In this document: piece by piece, positions 47,352 through 58,200 of the stretch
How positions within the stretch are numbered: the first letter of the stretch is position 1
Layout of the letters: every line of letters starts with the position of its first letter
DNA from: an uncultured Nitrososphaerales archaeon
GTDB lineage: Archaea; Thermoproteota; Nitrososphaeria; Nitrososphaerales; Nitrososphaeraceae
Length of the DNA: 64,000 nucleotides
Reading direction: 5' to 3'
Assembly (NCBI GenBank): GCA_963713605.1
Contig: CAVQMO010000005.1
Location: forward strand, 32,001-96,000
Translations under genes and position numbers: made by a program
Notes under the pieces: model-generated
The model's database searches: none
What the model was told of the DNA's origin: nothing
The model's input: the letters and a program-made list of their open reading frames with translations, nothing else

Positions 47352-47591
47352 CTAATCGAAGAATTGTTCAGCTGCTGCAGATACTGCGTTTTCATCGCCT
47401 TGGATTTGTGAACCAACGTTCTGGCATCCTATATTCAATGGTAGTTCACCATTGCCACAGGCATTTGCTTGTGATGTTGCTTGATTCTTCTCATATCCAC
47501 CGGCGAACACTGCATTTGTCCCTACAAAAGATGCAACCAGCATTGCTGCTACGGCTGCTATTGCTACAACTGCGAGGCTCCTATTATCCAT
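47352..47591 (-). CDS. Small secreted protein with a C-G-N-x8-C-Q-N motif (paralogue of 54243..54527)
   Basis: Signal peptide ending AVFA, then SQANACGNGELPLNIGCQNVGSQIQGDENAV. Confidence 0.8.
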   Translation of the reverse strand: MDNRSLAVVAIAAVAAMLVASFVGTNAVFAGGYEKNQATSQANACGNGELPLNIGCQNVGSQIQGDENAVSAAAEQFFD

Positions 47592-47620
47592 TATTATCGA
47601 ATTATCTGTCCTAGAAGCGC

Positions 47621-47661
47621 TTATTTGGATTAGGTTGAATTAGATTCTTAGAAAAATCTGA
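47621..47661 (-). promoter_or_regulatory. Conserved promoter TCAGATTT-N22-AATCCAAATAA-N29-ATG
   Basis: Same motifs and spacing as 54557..54598. Confidence 0.7.
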
Positions 47662-47872
47662 GATATTTTAGGTCAGATGATTAGCTTCAAGTTTGTCAGA
47701 AGAGAACCATTTACATCGGGAGGTCAGAGTTTCCATCGTATTGACTCAAGGGAAAAACGTTGGGTTGGTTGCCTATAAAGGTGTTTCATATTATTCCTAA
47801 CCCGAGAAAGGGAAATTGAATCTTCTATAGAAAGCCATTAGATAATACTTATATACGTTTGAGTTTTTTATA

Positions 47873-48082
47873 GTGTCGAACATGTCATCAAGAACAAACC
47901 TAGTTATCTTGGTCGTATTCACAGCATTCGCAATCATTGGTGCTACGATGGCGTTGTCGACGACAGGATTCTTTGATACAACAGGAATCTCAAGCGCATA
48001 CGCACAGAATGATACGATGATGAGTGGAGATAACATGACCGGCGGAAACATGACCTCCGGCATGAGTAATATGACTGGTTAA
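47873..48082 (+). CDS. Secreted Met-rich microprotein
   Basis: Signal peptide ending AYA, mature QNDTMMSGDNMTGGNMTSGMSNMTG, then a poly-T terminator. Confidence 0.7.
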   Translation: MSNMSSRTNLVILVVFTAFAIIGATMALSTTGFFDTTGISSAYAQNDTMMSGDNMTGGNMTSGMSNMTG

Positions 48083-48355
48083 GTGTCTGAAGGCACTCTT
48101 TCTTTTTTTTTGGAAAAGACAGATATGCTACACGAAAAAGAAATCTGTTCTGTTAAACTTCCTTTCCTATTTATGTTCTGTTGAACTTCCTATTTATTCA
48201 AATAGCATTACAAGTAGAATTCGTTTACAAAAAAGCCGAACAAGCTTGCAAAAGTAGCGCCAGGTTACCTAGCTAATGATTCGGCCATACTACTAGTAAT
48301 AATGATGGCGGATCAAATATGAGTTATTGGTAGGAAAGGAGGTGAATAAAATCAG

Positions 48356-48873
48356 GTGACATTAGTAACAGCTAGTCATAATCATTTTACTGGGTATTAC
48401 ACTATTACTAATAGACTCCCGAACATTATCCTAATTGTAGCATTAGGCTGTTTGATTGGGATCGTCGTCTTGGGGCTGTCGTATATGACCGAAGGACACA
48501 TTTCCCTCCACTTGTCAGCCCTCTGGACTAATTCAGAAGAACATATTGGATTATCAACGTCGTAAGTACTCATGCAAGCTGAATTAGCGAGGACGGATAT
48601 AATTCAGCTAAGCGAATCGATTCCTGATATTAGTGGTCAGCCAATTGAAGATGATTTCTATAGTCATTTACAAGTACAGCGGATACAATAGATAAGCAAG
48701 GCGGCTATACCGTAGTTACAAGTTCAGATGAGAAGGGTATTTATTCATTTGGTGCACTTCCATCGGACATTTACAATATAAAAGTTACATACCCGAATGC
48801 GATTGTCTCAACGATCGAAAATTATGCGGTATGGCCGCCCAACTCTAGTTATTCATTAAATTTCGTAGAATAG
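48356..48873 (+). pseudogene. Decayed membrane-anchored carboxypeptidase-regulatory-like domain gene
   Basis: A TM helix, then broken frames giving ISGQPIED and YTVVTSSDEKGIYSFGALPSDIYNIKVTYP. Confidence 0.55.
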
Positions 48874-49189
48874 TTATCCCGATAGTCACCTATAGGAAAT
48901 GAAGCACACAGCCAGGCTTACCTCCATATTTTTTCTACCGATTCGATGGTCTTCTTTCTGGCGATCCAAACAAATTATGAGTAATGCATACTGATCAAGG
49001 GATATCGATATCAAAAAGAACCCGTTTCTATATGATTCTTTTAATCCTGATAGATAAGATATATCATCATATCTCCTTATAATGACCTATCGTTATATGT
49101 TATTACCTGGACGAATTATGTTTCTAATATACTTATGTTAGTACAAATGGAATTCAGTACAAATCATTGCAGTAATAGGCTCAACTTAT

Positions 49190-50149
49190 TCAAGGTTCTG
49201 AAATAAAGGATAGTACTACGTTAGTCCATGCATTACCAATGTTATCTAAGTTGTAACCTCCGCCACCTAGTGCCATTATTCTACCATCACAATATTTATG
49301 CGCTAATTTGTGTAGAGATTTTGAAGCGTATCTATGAGATTCAGGAGAATATCGTAGGTGTGTTAGGGGATCCGACTCGATGCAGTCGGCACCACATTGC
49401 AAAATGATCAAATCTGGCTTTGCAACTTCGTCTATAAATCTCTCAACCTCACTGAACGATGCTACAAATTCTTTATCTGTTGAACCAGGAGCAACTGGAA
49501 TGTTAAGTTTTGTTCCTTCCGCCTCTCCCTTTCCTCTTTCCTCTCTTGATCCTGATCCTGGAAACAAATATTTGCCATCTTCATGTACATCCGCGATAAA
49601 AGTTAGTGGATCCTTTTCAAACCCATAATAGACTCCATCGCCATGATGTGCGTCAATGTCTACATATGCAATCCTATCAATACCATATTTATGTCTGGCT
49701 CGCTGTATCACAATCCCAATATCATTAAAGACGCAAAACCCAGACGCATTGCCACGATAGGCATGATGTAATCCGCCAATGGGATTGAATGCATGTCGGC
49801 ATCCGTTCGTTTCCTCGACTATTGCTTCTAAAGCCTTCAAACTCGATCCAACAACTGTAGCAGCCGACTCAAATATCCCCTTAAAAGCGGGAGTATCACC
49901 TGCATCTAAATATCCCGAACCAAGTTGCGAGAACCGTTTAACTAGATCAACATACGATTTGTCATGAAATGACAATATGGCTTCTTCATTTGCCGCAGTT
50001 GGTTCCACTACCTCGATTAAAGTTCTATCTGGAACAAGTTTCCTAAATTTATTCCAAAATGCCTCCATTCTATTATTATTAAAAGGATGAGAGCTTCCGA
50101 AGCCATATTTTGCAAGCTCATCTCCTAACAATACAGAAGTCTTGCACAT
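49190..50149 (-). CDS. acuC: Zn-dependent deacetylase (AcuC/histone deacetylase family)
   Basis: HPF, GGLHHA, GFCVFND, DIDAHHGDG, QCGAD..DPL, GGGGY. Confidence 0.92.
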   Translation of the reverse strand: MCKTSVLLGDELAKYGFGSSHPFNNNRMEAFWNKFRKLVPDRTLIEVVEPTAANEEAILSFHDKSYVDLVKRFSQLGSGYLDAGDTPAFKGIFESAATVVGSSLKALEAIVEETNGCRHAFNPIGGLHHAYRGNASGFCVFNDIGIVIQRARHKYGIDRIAYVDIDAHHGDGVYYGFEKDPLTFIADVHEDGKYLFPGSGSREERGKGEAEGTKLNIPVAPGSTDKEFVASFSEVERFIDEVAKPDLIILQCGADCIESDPLTHLRYSPESHRYASKSLHKLAHKYCDGRIMALGGGGYNLDNIGNAWTNVVLSFISEP

Positions 50150-50233
50150 GAAACCATTGTGATACAGATGTGTTTAAGCTTTTGTCTGTCAAAAATTAAA
50201 GATGAATTTGATGGTTAGCGCTCTGGTGAACTC

Positions 50234-50425
50234 TTAGCTATACCTGTTTTTACTGTTTTTTAAAAGTATGATAATCAATATTGGGAAGGCGACGCCTATT
50301 AGAAGCATTACTTCCCGGGTTAGAAGTAGAAAAAATCCTATCATTATCAGCCATACTACACATATAGTCAGTATGTAATCAACGGTCTCACTTCTTAGAA
50401 TTATTTCCACAATTATCACACACAT
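50234..50425 (-). CDS. Small two-TM membrane protein
   Basis: Two hydrophobic segments and a basic tail. Confidence 0.4.
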   Translation of the reverse strand: MCVIIVEIILRSETVDYILTICVVWLIMIGFFLLLTREVMLLIGVAFPILIIILLKNSKNRYS

Positions 50426-50472
50426 AGCTCCTTAAGCAGGGTAAGAGATGTAAACTCACAATACCTTTTTAT

Positions 50473-50868
50473 ATGCTATGTTTGATTTCGTCCTAGCTGT
50501 TCCTGTATGAGGTACGGGGTTGTAGTGCTCAGCACTCACTCCAGACTACTCAGTACGTTGTTTGTCAATTTGAAAACCATTTCAACAACGTGCTAACGTC
50601 ACATAGCGATTAGGACTCTGAGAATTACGACTTCGGAATGACCAAGGATTTGAGGCTATCTGCTAGGCAATGCCTTTCTGATGCTGAGGTAGATGGTTAC
50701 GCTCCAGAACAACAAATAAGAGATTGTTTTGCCCCAATCTATAATACGGGCACAACTACAACTGGTTCATCTCCAAGTGATACCTCCTCAGGCGGTTAAG
50801 ATTTCTCCAACCCATCTACAAGTGGCGACTAAAATGCTGATACTAGTGATGATGGCAACGAAAACTAA
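50473..50868 (+). pseudogene. Possible decayed secreted S/T/D-rich protein gene
   Basis: One frame reads RQCLSDAEVDGYAPEQQIRDCFAPIYNTGTTTTGSSPSDTSSGG*DFSNPSTSGD*NADTSDDGNEN*. Confidence 0.35.
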
Positions 50869-51257
50869 AATAAAGCCGTGATTAGGAATAGCGAGAATTT
50901 AGGTAGTAAAACGGAATCCCACACATATTCATTGGAAGATAAGGCTACGCTTTTTTTTCCTTCCCCAGGCTGAAGCACTATTTTTACGCTCTGATGTGTA
51001 ATAGTAGTGACAGAGATGTTCTATTCAAATGTCAATGCTTGTACTCGAATGTCGCTACGGATCAACGGCCACATCCCGATGTTATTTATATCAAAGGTTT
51101 ATAGTCTGGCCATGTTATCTCATCTTAGAGAGCAAGAACTCTCATGGATAAATTCTGTCCTGGCATGAAGATCTATAGATTTGAGGTGTTATGAGCAAAT
51201 TTTTACCGATAGATATATCTTTATCGTTTCTGTTCCAATAATAGATCCGCATATTCG

Positions 51258-51518
51258 ATGAAATATAGAAGTAAAATAGATCTCATAGCTCAAATGCTAC
51301 AGGTTGCCAGCGAGGGGCCAGTTTTGAAGACCAAGATGATGTATGGTGCATTATTATCCCAGTCCCAGCTTAAGGGGCTTCTCTCGCTTACTCTAAATGC
51401 TCCTCTGTTAGCACATAACAAGGAGCAACAAACATATCAAACTACGCAAAAGGGGCTACGCTTCTTGGAAAGATACCATGAACTCTCAAATCTATTAGGG
51501 AATCTTCCTAGTCAGTAG
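51258..51518 (+). CDS. Small winged-helix regulator (same family as 40243)
   Basis: MKYRSKIDLIAQML..KTKMMYGALLS..YQTTQKGLRFL. Confidence 0.85.
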   Translation: MKYRSKIDLIAQMLQVASEGPVLKTKMMYGALLSQSQLKGLLSLTLNAPLLAHNKEQQTYQTTQKGLRFLERYHELSNLLGNLPSQ

Positions 51519-51770
51519 AAATGCAGGCCATAGATGTATGATAACGCCTCCCAATACAGTCCTGCCAGACCGAGGAATTTAATTTATGAATCAAATTCTT
51601 CGCCTAACAACCCTACCAAATCAACTTACGAATCACAAGGATCCAATATCAACTAGTTGCATGTGAACTAGCATTAGATTATTGTTAAGAGACTAGAAAG
51701 AGGATAGGACGCCCAAAGAAAAGATATTAAATATAAGTAACATCTGTCTGATAGTGGTGTAGATATTGTT

Positions 51771-52076
51771 ATGAAAAGAGTTGAAGCCTATGTATCATCA
51801 GAAAAGGCAGAAGCAGTACTGTCGGCCCTCGAGTCATCGAATTTTCAAGCGACGTTTTTCGAATCAAAAGGGATGGGCAAAGGTGAGAAAAGGGATTTGA
51901 GCTTCAAAGGCAGGACCATGAAAATGAGATATTCAACTCGAAACACGATAGTAACTATTGTTGAAGAAGACAAGTTGGATCAAGTAATTTCAGTAATAAA
52001 GGAGTCCGGAAGTACTGGCACAACAAGTTCTGGAGTAATAGTAATATCGCCTGTAGATGATCTGATAACGCTTTAA
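51771..52076 (+). CDS. Atypical PII-family protein
   Basis: MKRVEAYV..KGMGK..IVTIVEEDKLDQVISVI..GVIVISPVDDL. Confidence 0.85.
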   Translation: MKRVEAYVSSEKAEAVLSALESSNFQATFFESKGMGKGEKRDLSFKGRTMKMRYSTRNTIVTIVEEDKLDQVISVIKESGSTGTTSSGVIVISPVDDLITL

Positions 52077-52186
52077 GTCCTCACCGCCATGGAGCCTGCA
52101 AAACGTAAACTTTAGGTTCAGGAGAACCGTTTAGAGCAAATATCTTTTCCATCAGAATCAATCTGAAGCCGATGTCATAATACCCC

Positions 52187-53881
52187 CTACAATGAGGATC
52201 GTGACGTCGAATATGATTGCGAAGGTTCCTTGATATCTATCAATAACCTGTTTAAATCGATCCTGTAATAATCCAATTTGTCTGGATCATACTTTTGTAC
52301 TATTTGAATTGGTTCTCCTCTGTTAATTCTGCTTATTATGACGCTTCTATGAACATAGCTAGTTACAAATTCAAATCCATTGATTTTCGCCTCTCGTAGA
52401 AAGTTAGTTCTAAGCTCGTGACCGCCCGCCTCACCCCAATATCCAGGCTTGATGCAGATCCATTCCATATATACAGTGTTGTGGTCGCCCCAATTTTCGT
52501 CATGTGTGCCTCTCCTAAGCGTGTAATTTTCTAACGGTCCCCCCTTTACATAGCCGACTATTTTGTCGCTGACGGAAACATCTCCGTTACTGGTACTAAC
52601 ATAGTAATCGCCACCGCCGCTACTACTACTGCTGCTGCTGGTGCTGGTGCTGCTGCTGGTGCTGCTGGTGCTGCTCCTATTGAAATCAGATCCCTCCTTG
52701 ATCTTGAGTGTTATCAGAATAGTATTGCGATCGTGAAGTGATCGTGCGAATTGAGCCTTATCGAGCTGTAATGGAACACGCAATTCTTGATAGATGTTTA
52801 AAATAGCGTCTCTTGTTTCAGAAGAGAGGCCCATGTCTGAAGACTTTTCTACATTGCAAACTAACGACAATTCTTTTCTTCTAATGGAACTTCTCGTCTT
52901 GTTTTCATCTTCCCAAGCCTCTCTGAAGGCCTCTACGTTGTTATAAAAATTTTTCTTGTACTGTTCGGGTAGATAACGTAATACACCTTGCGTCATTTCT
53001 TTCTCCTCCTTTAGAGTGCTGAAATACTTGACTGACTCCTCATTTATGAACGAAGGATGCCAACCCAGAGCATGAGCATTGCGTCTTGCAAGAGTCTTTG
53101 CATGTTCATAATCTCCCAGGGCGTACCCGGCCATTCGTTCACAAACAGACAAAAGCCACCCCAAGTATTCATAATGTTCTCTTGTTCTCATATCATTCTC
53201 GGGTATACCAGCGTTCAGAAATAACTCGCCCATTCGCTTCTTTGCGTGCTCTGCGTTCTCCCCCTTGAAAGGATAAGTCGTACGGTATATTGTCGCGATC
53301 ACCAGATCAAGGCTAATATCAATATCATCAATGAATTTTCTTATCTTACTGTCATGTCTTAAAAAATATTCAACCGAATCTTCATGCGGTTTGTCTGACA
53401 ATTTCATAGGATCATAGTCGTGAAAAAGAGCAGCTACGAACAGATATTTAATGTCATTATCATTAAAATTTCTATACTCCACGCTTGACGCTCTCAGTTG
53501 TCCATCTAGTGCTAGCAATGCAAAGTATGTAGCCTCAAGTTCATGATCTATATTGTGATAACCGTAGTAGTCTGGTCCTAGTCCCTTCTTTGAAAATTCG
53601 GATACAGCGTGTCTTACGATTCTATCTGTCCATCTGTCTTGCAGACCCATAGAACTGGCGAGTTCGATTATCTTGTCTTTTAACGCAGCTTGATGTGCGA
53701 TACCTATATTGTATTTGAGCCACCAGGAGAATAATTTTATCCTGTTGTAGAGCTCAAACCACCAGGGAAAAGAATCAGCGAGAGGATTATCTACATTAGC
53801 TGAATGCTTCTCATCTAGGTAATTTCTATGGTCGTCATTGTTTACAGGGGGCAGGATAATCAGCCCAAAGTTAATGATCAC
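52187..53881 (-). CDS. HD-domain phosphohydrolase fused to a C-terminal GNAT-like domain (true start probably further downstream)
   Basis: GYHNIDH..AALFHDYD. C-terminal KIVGYVKGGP..VYMEWICIKPGYWGEAGGHELR. Confidence 0.75.
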   Translation of the reverse strand: MIINFGLIILPPVNNDDHRNYLDEKHSANVDNPLADSFPWWFELYNRIKLFSWWLKYNIGIAHQAALKDKIIELASSMGLQDRWTDRIVRHAVSEFSKKGLGPDYYGYHNIDHELEATYFALLALDGQLRASSVEYRNFNDNDIKYLFVAALFHDYDPMKLSDKPHEDSVEYFLRHDSKIRKFIDDIDISLDLVIATIYRTTYPFKGENAEHAKKRMGELFLNAGIPENDMRTREHYEYLGWLLSVCERMAGYALGDYEHAKTLARRNAHALGWHPSFINEESVKYFSTLKEEKEMTQGVLRYLPEQYKKNFYNNVEAFREAWEDENKTRSSIRRKELSLVCNVEKSSDMGLSSETRDAILNIYQELRVPLQLDKAQFARSLHDRNTILITLKIKEGSDFNRSSTSSTSSSTSTSSSSSSSGGGDYYVSTSNGDVSVSDKIVGYVKGGPLENYTLRRGTHDENWGDHNTVYMEWICIKPGYWGEAGGHELRTNFLREAKINGFEFVTSYVHRSVIISRINRGEPIQIVQKYDPDKLDYYRIDLNRLLIDIKEPSQSYSTSRSSL

Positions 53882-54050
53882 GAACTTGCACTAAAGTGTT
53901 CTGTTTGGTTCCATAACAGGGAGGTATTGTATTACATATGCCCGTGTAGGTTGAATCCAATCCAATCCGTATTTGTATATGAACCTTGCGATGCAATGCG
54001 TCTAAAGCAAAACACAAATACCAATACGACAATAATTTCTAAAAAATAAC

Positions 54051-54090
54051 CAACGGAAACACGGAGGCACGGAGACACGGAGGCCCGGAG
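54051..54090. repeat. Imperfect 8-bp tandem repeat (cacggagR) x5
   Basis: caacggaaacacggaggcacggagacacggaggcccggag. Confidence 0.8.
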
Positions 54091-54242
54091 TGCGACATTC
54101 AAGAACAGAGATCAATCCAGACTGTATGCAAAACCAAATTCGCATTTAATACTATTGGCTAACTGACAATCACAACTAGCATTGTGCAATTTTTGAATAA
54201 TAAAAAAAGAATGTAGGTTTTTCCGGATCTACACTCACTCTA

Positions 54243-54527
54243 CTAAGGTAACACTGCCAAACCGTCTCCCTCCTCAGCTGACGGTGGTTGTAGTGCAATT
54301 ATGTTTATGGCATTACCATCCCCGTCTATTTGAGAAGCAATGTTTTGACAGAATATGTTTAGAGGTAGTACTCCGTTTCCACAGTCGTTAACTCCAGAAC
54401 TTGCCTGGCTGCTCTCATATTTTGTAGCTGATACATCGTTGACACTCGCAAGTGATCCTACTATAGCTAGCATTACTCCAGCCATCACTGCTAATGATTT
54501 CGCGTTCATCCTTATAGGTTGGGTCAT
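54243..54527 (-). CDS. Small secreted protein with a C-G-N-x8-C-Q-N motif
   Basis: Signal peptide, then SGVNDCGNGVLPLNIFCQNIASQIDGDGNAI. Confidence 0.8.
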   Translation of the reverse strand: MTQPIRMNAKSLAVMAGVMLAIVGSLASVNDVSATKYESSQASSGVNDCGNGVLPLNIFCQNIASQIDGDGNAINIIALQPPSAEEGDGLAVLP

Positions 54528-54556
54528 ATTACTACTAAGAAAGATATCTCAATTGT

Positions 54557-54598
54557 TTATTTGGATTGATAATGATAATGTTATCAGATAAATCTGAT
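54557..54598 (-). promoter_or_regulatory. Conserved promoter with ATCAGAT-N2-ATCTGAT palindrome and AATCCAAATAA box
   Basis: Palindrome at 54583-54598. The box at 54557-54567 is 29 nt from the ATG. Confidence 0.7.
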
Positions 54599-55251
54599 TT
54601 TTCATATGAAATGGACGATAAGAAGATTAATCGTCAACCAATGAGTTCCGTTGAATTATGAATCTACGTGATAACTTTTCCAATCTCTTATCTTTTCCGC
54701 GTCATCATAAACAGGTCTGTTCTGGGTGCAGTTTTGAAAATAATTTCTTACAACAGCGTATGACACTTGAAATCCCTCTACTGATCCGTAACCACAACTT
54801 CTGTTCTGTACAAGATTTGAGCATTCAATTAAGTCGTTTCTGTATTCTATCTCTAATTGCGTTAGAGACATTCAACTAACCCAATTAAGGGGAGAGAACT
54901 GAAAATTATTCATTAATGGAGCATTCTTTTATTTCAGAGATTGAGTACCTAACGAAGAGCAGAATATTTTACAAGGTTAGAACTATTAGTAATTTCAGTC
55001 TCCTAGCCTTCGGTAGTGCAACACGACAATAATTTAATTAAAAGTGATACAAATCAAGGTATTCTTTTGTTCGTCAAATTGGAATCATTGGAGAACCATA
55101 ACTATTCCAGATCTATAGTAATGCGGCATCTTATCTACCTATATGTGAATTTTGAGGAGGATTCTAATTTGGACAAGAGATGAGACTGAGTATCTCGATC
55201 TGGTGTTAATATAAACTATATAGCCTAGATCGACATCATACATCCAAAGGA

Positions 55252-58200
55252 ATGCAGCAGCCGATTAGATCATACCTTAACCCGGTACTTGATTCACGTA
55301 TAACGTTTAGAAAAATAGCAATATCCGTTGCAGGTGTTCTAATCGTGCTTGCGGTCATCGCGTTATTGACTACTCGTCAAATCATCTTTTTTGACAATAA
55401 TCTTCAAACTTTACTTTTTCTTTTGGTTGTGACTCTGGGGTTTGGGATAGGATCTTGGATTTTGTTGGAGTACACCAAGAGGGCAAGCTCTGCACTAAGG
55501 GCCAAATCTCGTTCTATAAACAGAATTCACTGGGCCGCAACGATAATACAATTTGTCTTACTTGCCATCATGGTTATAGTAATTTTTTACAATAGCGTGT
55601 ATTGTTATGATTATTTCAGTTTTTGCAATTCACCCGTGTCAACGGTCTCACTTACCGCAATTGCTTCAGCCTCAGCCTCAGTAATACTAGGATTATTTAG
55701 CTATCGATTCCTTTCTTGGTATAAAAGAAGCAATCGAAACCTCATCTTATTATTTTACGGTTTGGCGGCTGCTGCCCTTTCTATGTCCATTGCAGGAGAT
55801 GCGATTGACAAGTTCATGGTGGCAGGATTAATCGTAGAAGAACAGTCACAGCCTGGTACGGTTCCCGATTCATCTTTTGTGTACGAAAACGTCGAAAAGT
55901 ATAATGGCGAAGTCCAATATAGGGTCACAAATCATGAGGGCTCTACGTTGTATGTTGTATCGCCTGAAGACGATGAACTATACTCTTTTATCAACCGCTT
56001 GACTTCCTATCCAAGGTATGTTTTCTTGTGGATAAGCACCTGTCTTCTGTTGCACGTGTACTATCAGAGGACTGGACAACAGATCACTAAATTTCCAATC
56101 AAGTATTGGATACTACTTATCATCCCGTTTGTGCTATATCTGGTTGGAAGTGGACTAGTATTAACTCTGCCAGACGACTCAGATTATAGATACTATCAGC
56201 GAATTATTTATCGAGCCGGCAATATCGGAAGTAGTCTGTTATTTGGCGTAGCGTTCTATATTATAGCTGAGAAGAGTACCTTCTGAAAGAGTAAAGGACT
56301 ATTTGACAATAGCCGCCATAGGGATCACATTGGGTGGAATTGCATTTAGCGTATCTGCATTTCAGCAGACGTATGGAGTCGCAGTTCATTCTCTCGTATT
56401 TTTGTCATCTTATTTGTTTGCCATAGGCTTTTATGCGTCAGCTGTATTTCTGACCCAAGATGCAAAATTGCGAAGTTCCATAAAAAAATCCGCCCTAGAA
56501 GAGTCAAAACTATTGGTAACTTTGGGGACTCCACATCTTGAACAAGAGATAGAGCGGCGCGTACTTTACACGGCGCAGAAGCAGGAAGAGGAACTAGTCC
56601 AGAGAAGTGGAGTAATGCCATCGCTCACACAGAGTGAAATGAAGCTTTATTTATCAAATGTATTAAATCAAATAACTTTACTCCAGGGCTATAACGACAT
56701 AGTTCGTAAAGAGAGAGAAATCCTGGAGTCGTCAAAAGAGCTTGTAGCATGTTTGAACTCTAGTGGAATTCGTCTAACATATAACAGCAATTTTGAAGTT
56801 TATAAGAAGATAATGCACGAAAAATTCGTGAATGGAGAACACAAGGGAATTAGATTTGTGACCAAGGTCGAAAAACATAGCGCAAACATGATCAAACGGT
56901 TTCTGGAAGCAGGAGTCCAGGTGAGACACGTCGATAATCTCCCTCCCATTGACTTTGCCGTATCTGATAAGGAAATTGTGGCCAAGGTGCACAAAGTTGA
57001 ACATGAAATAACCGACGAAAAGCATGGTTCTAGCAATCGCGACATGAGCCTGGATGTAAAGAACGTGCTGGTCAGCACCGAACAGGCCTATATCGATTAT
57101 TTTCTCTACACATTCAGCGAGTTATGGAACAATGGGACGGATGCAAAAGAAAGGATCGCTTATTTAGAACAAGGATTAGAGCCTGAATTTATTGACGTCC
57201 TAAACGACGGTAAGAAGACAAGCCGCATACTCTTGGAACTTGTACATTCTATTAAACAGGAAGCTCAAATACTGATTCCAGACGAAAGAACATTACTAAA
57301 CTTGGAGAAGATAGGGGCAATCGATCACATCATCAAGGGAGCCTCGTCTAAGCACGCCAAAATAAGGCTTGTCTGTCCCGGTGCTGAAGGTGGATCCGAC
57401 ATCATAAAAAGGATACAAGAGAAAGCACCAGAAATAGAAATTGTAAATGGGAATAATTCAACATCAGTGATGTTCATAGTGGACAATTCAAAGTTCTTGC
57501 GTGCAGAACTAACGAAAGCAAACTCTGAGAATTTTGCTGATTCTGTTGGATTTACTATGTATTCGAATACACGGCAGAGCGTAGACTCTTTTAAAACTTT
57601 CTTTGATTTACTCTGGAAGGAACACGTTCTTAATGAAGAACTCAAGAATGCTGATAAAGTTCAAAAAGAGTTCATCAATATAGCTGCGCATGAGTTGCGT
57701 ACGCCCATCCAGCCTATCCTTGGTTTGAGCCATGTGATGTACTCCGAGGTGCAAGATCCTAAGCAAAGGCAACTGCTGGAAGTAGTCGTGAGAAACGCCA
57801 ACAGGCTGAAAAGACTGACCGATAATATTCTAGATGTTACCAGAATTGAAAGCAAGAAACTTCGGTTAAACAAGGAGGAGTTTGATATAAGTCAGGTAGC
57901 CCTATCTGTCATTGATGAATATAAGAAGATAAATCAGAATAAAGGTGTGCCTGAAACGAATATCACATACGTCGGAGATTTTGAAAATTCTGAACCTGGG
58001 CGTATGAATGTCAAAGGTGATCTGAATAGAATTACCGAGGTGATATCAAACCTGATAGATAATTCCCTGAAATATACAAGGGAAGGGACGATAAATGTGA
58101 AGGCAAGAAGACTGAATGGCGAGATGATTGTAAGTATATCAGACACAGGGACGGGCATTGATCCACTAATCTTTCCAAAATTATTTACAAAGTTTACATC

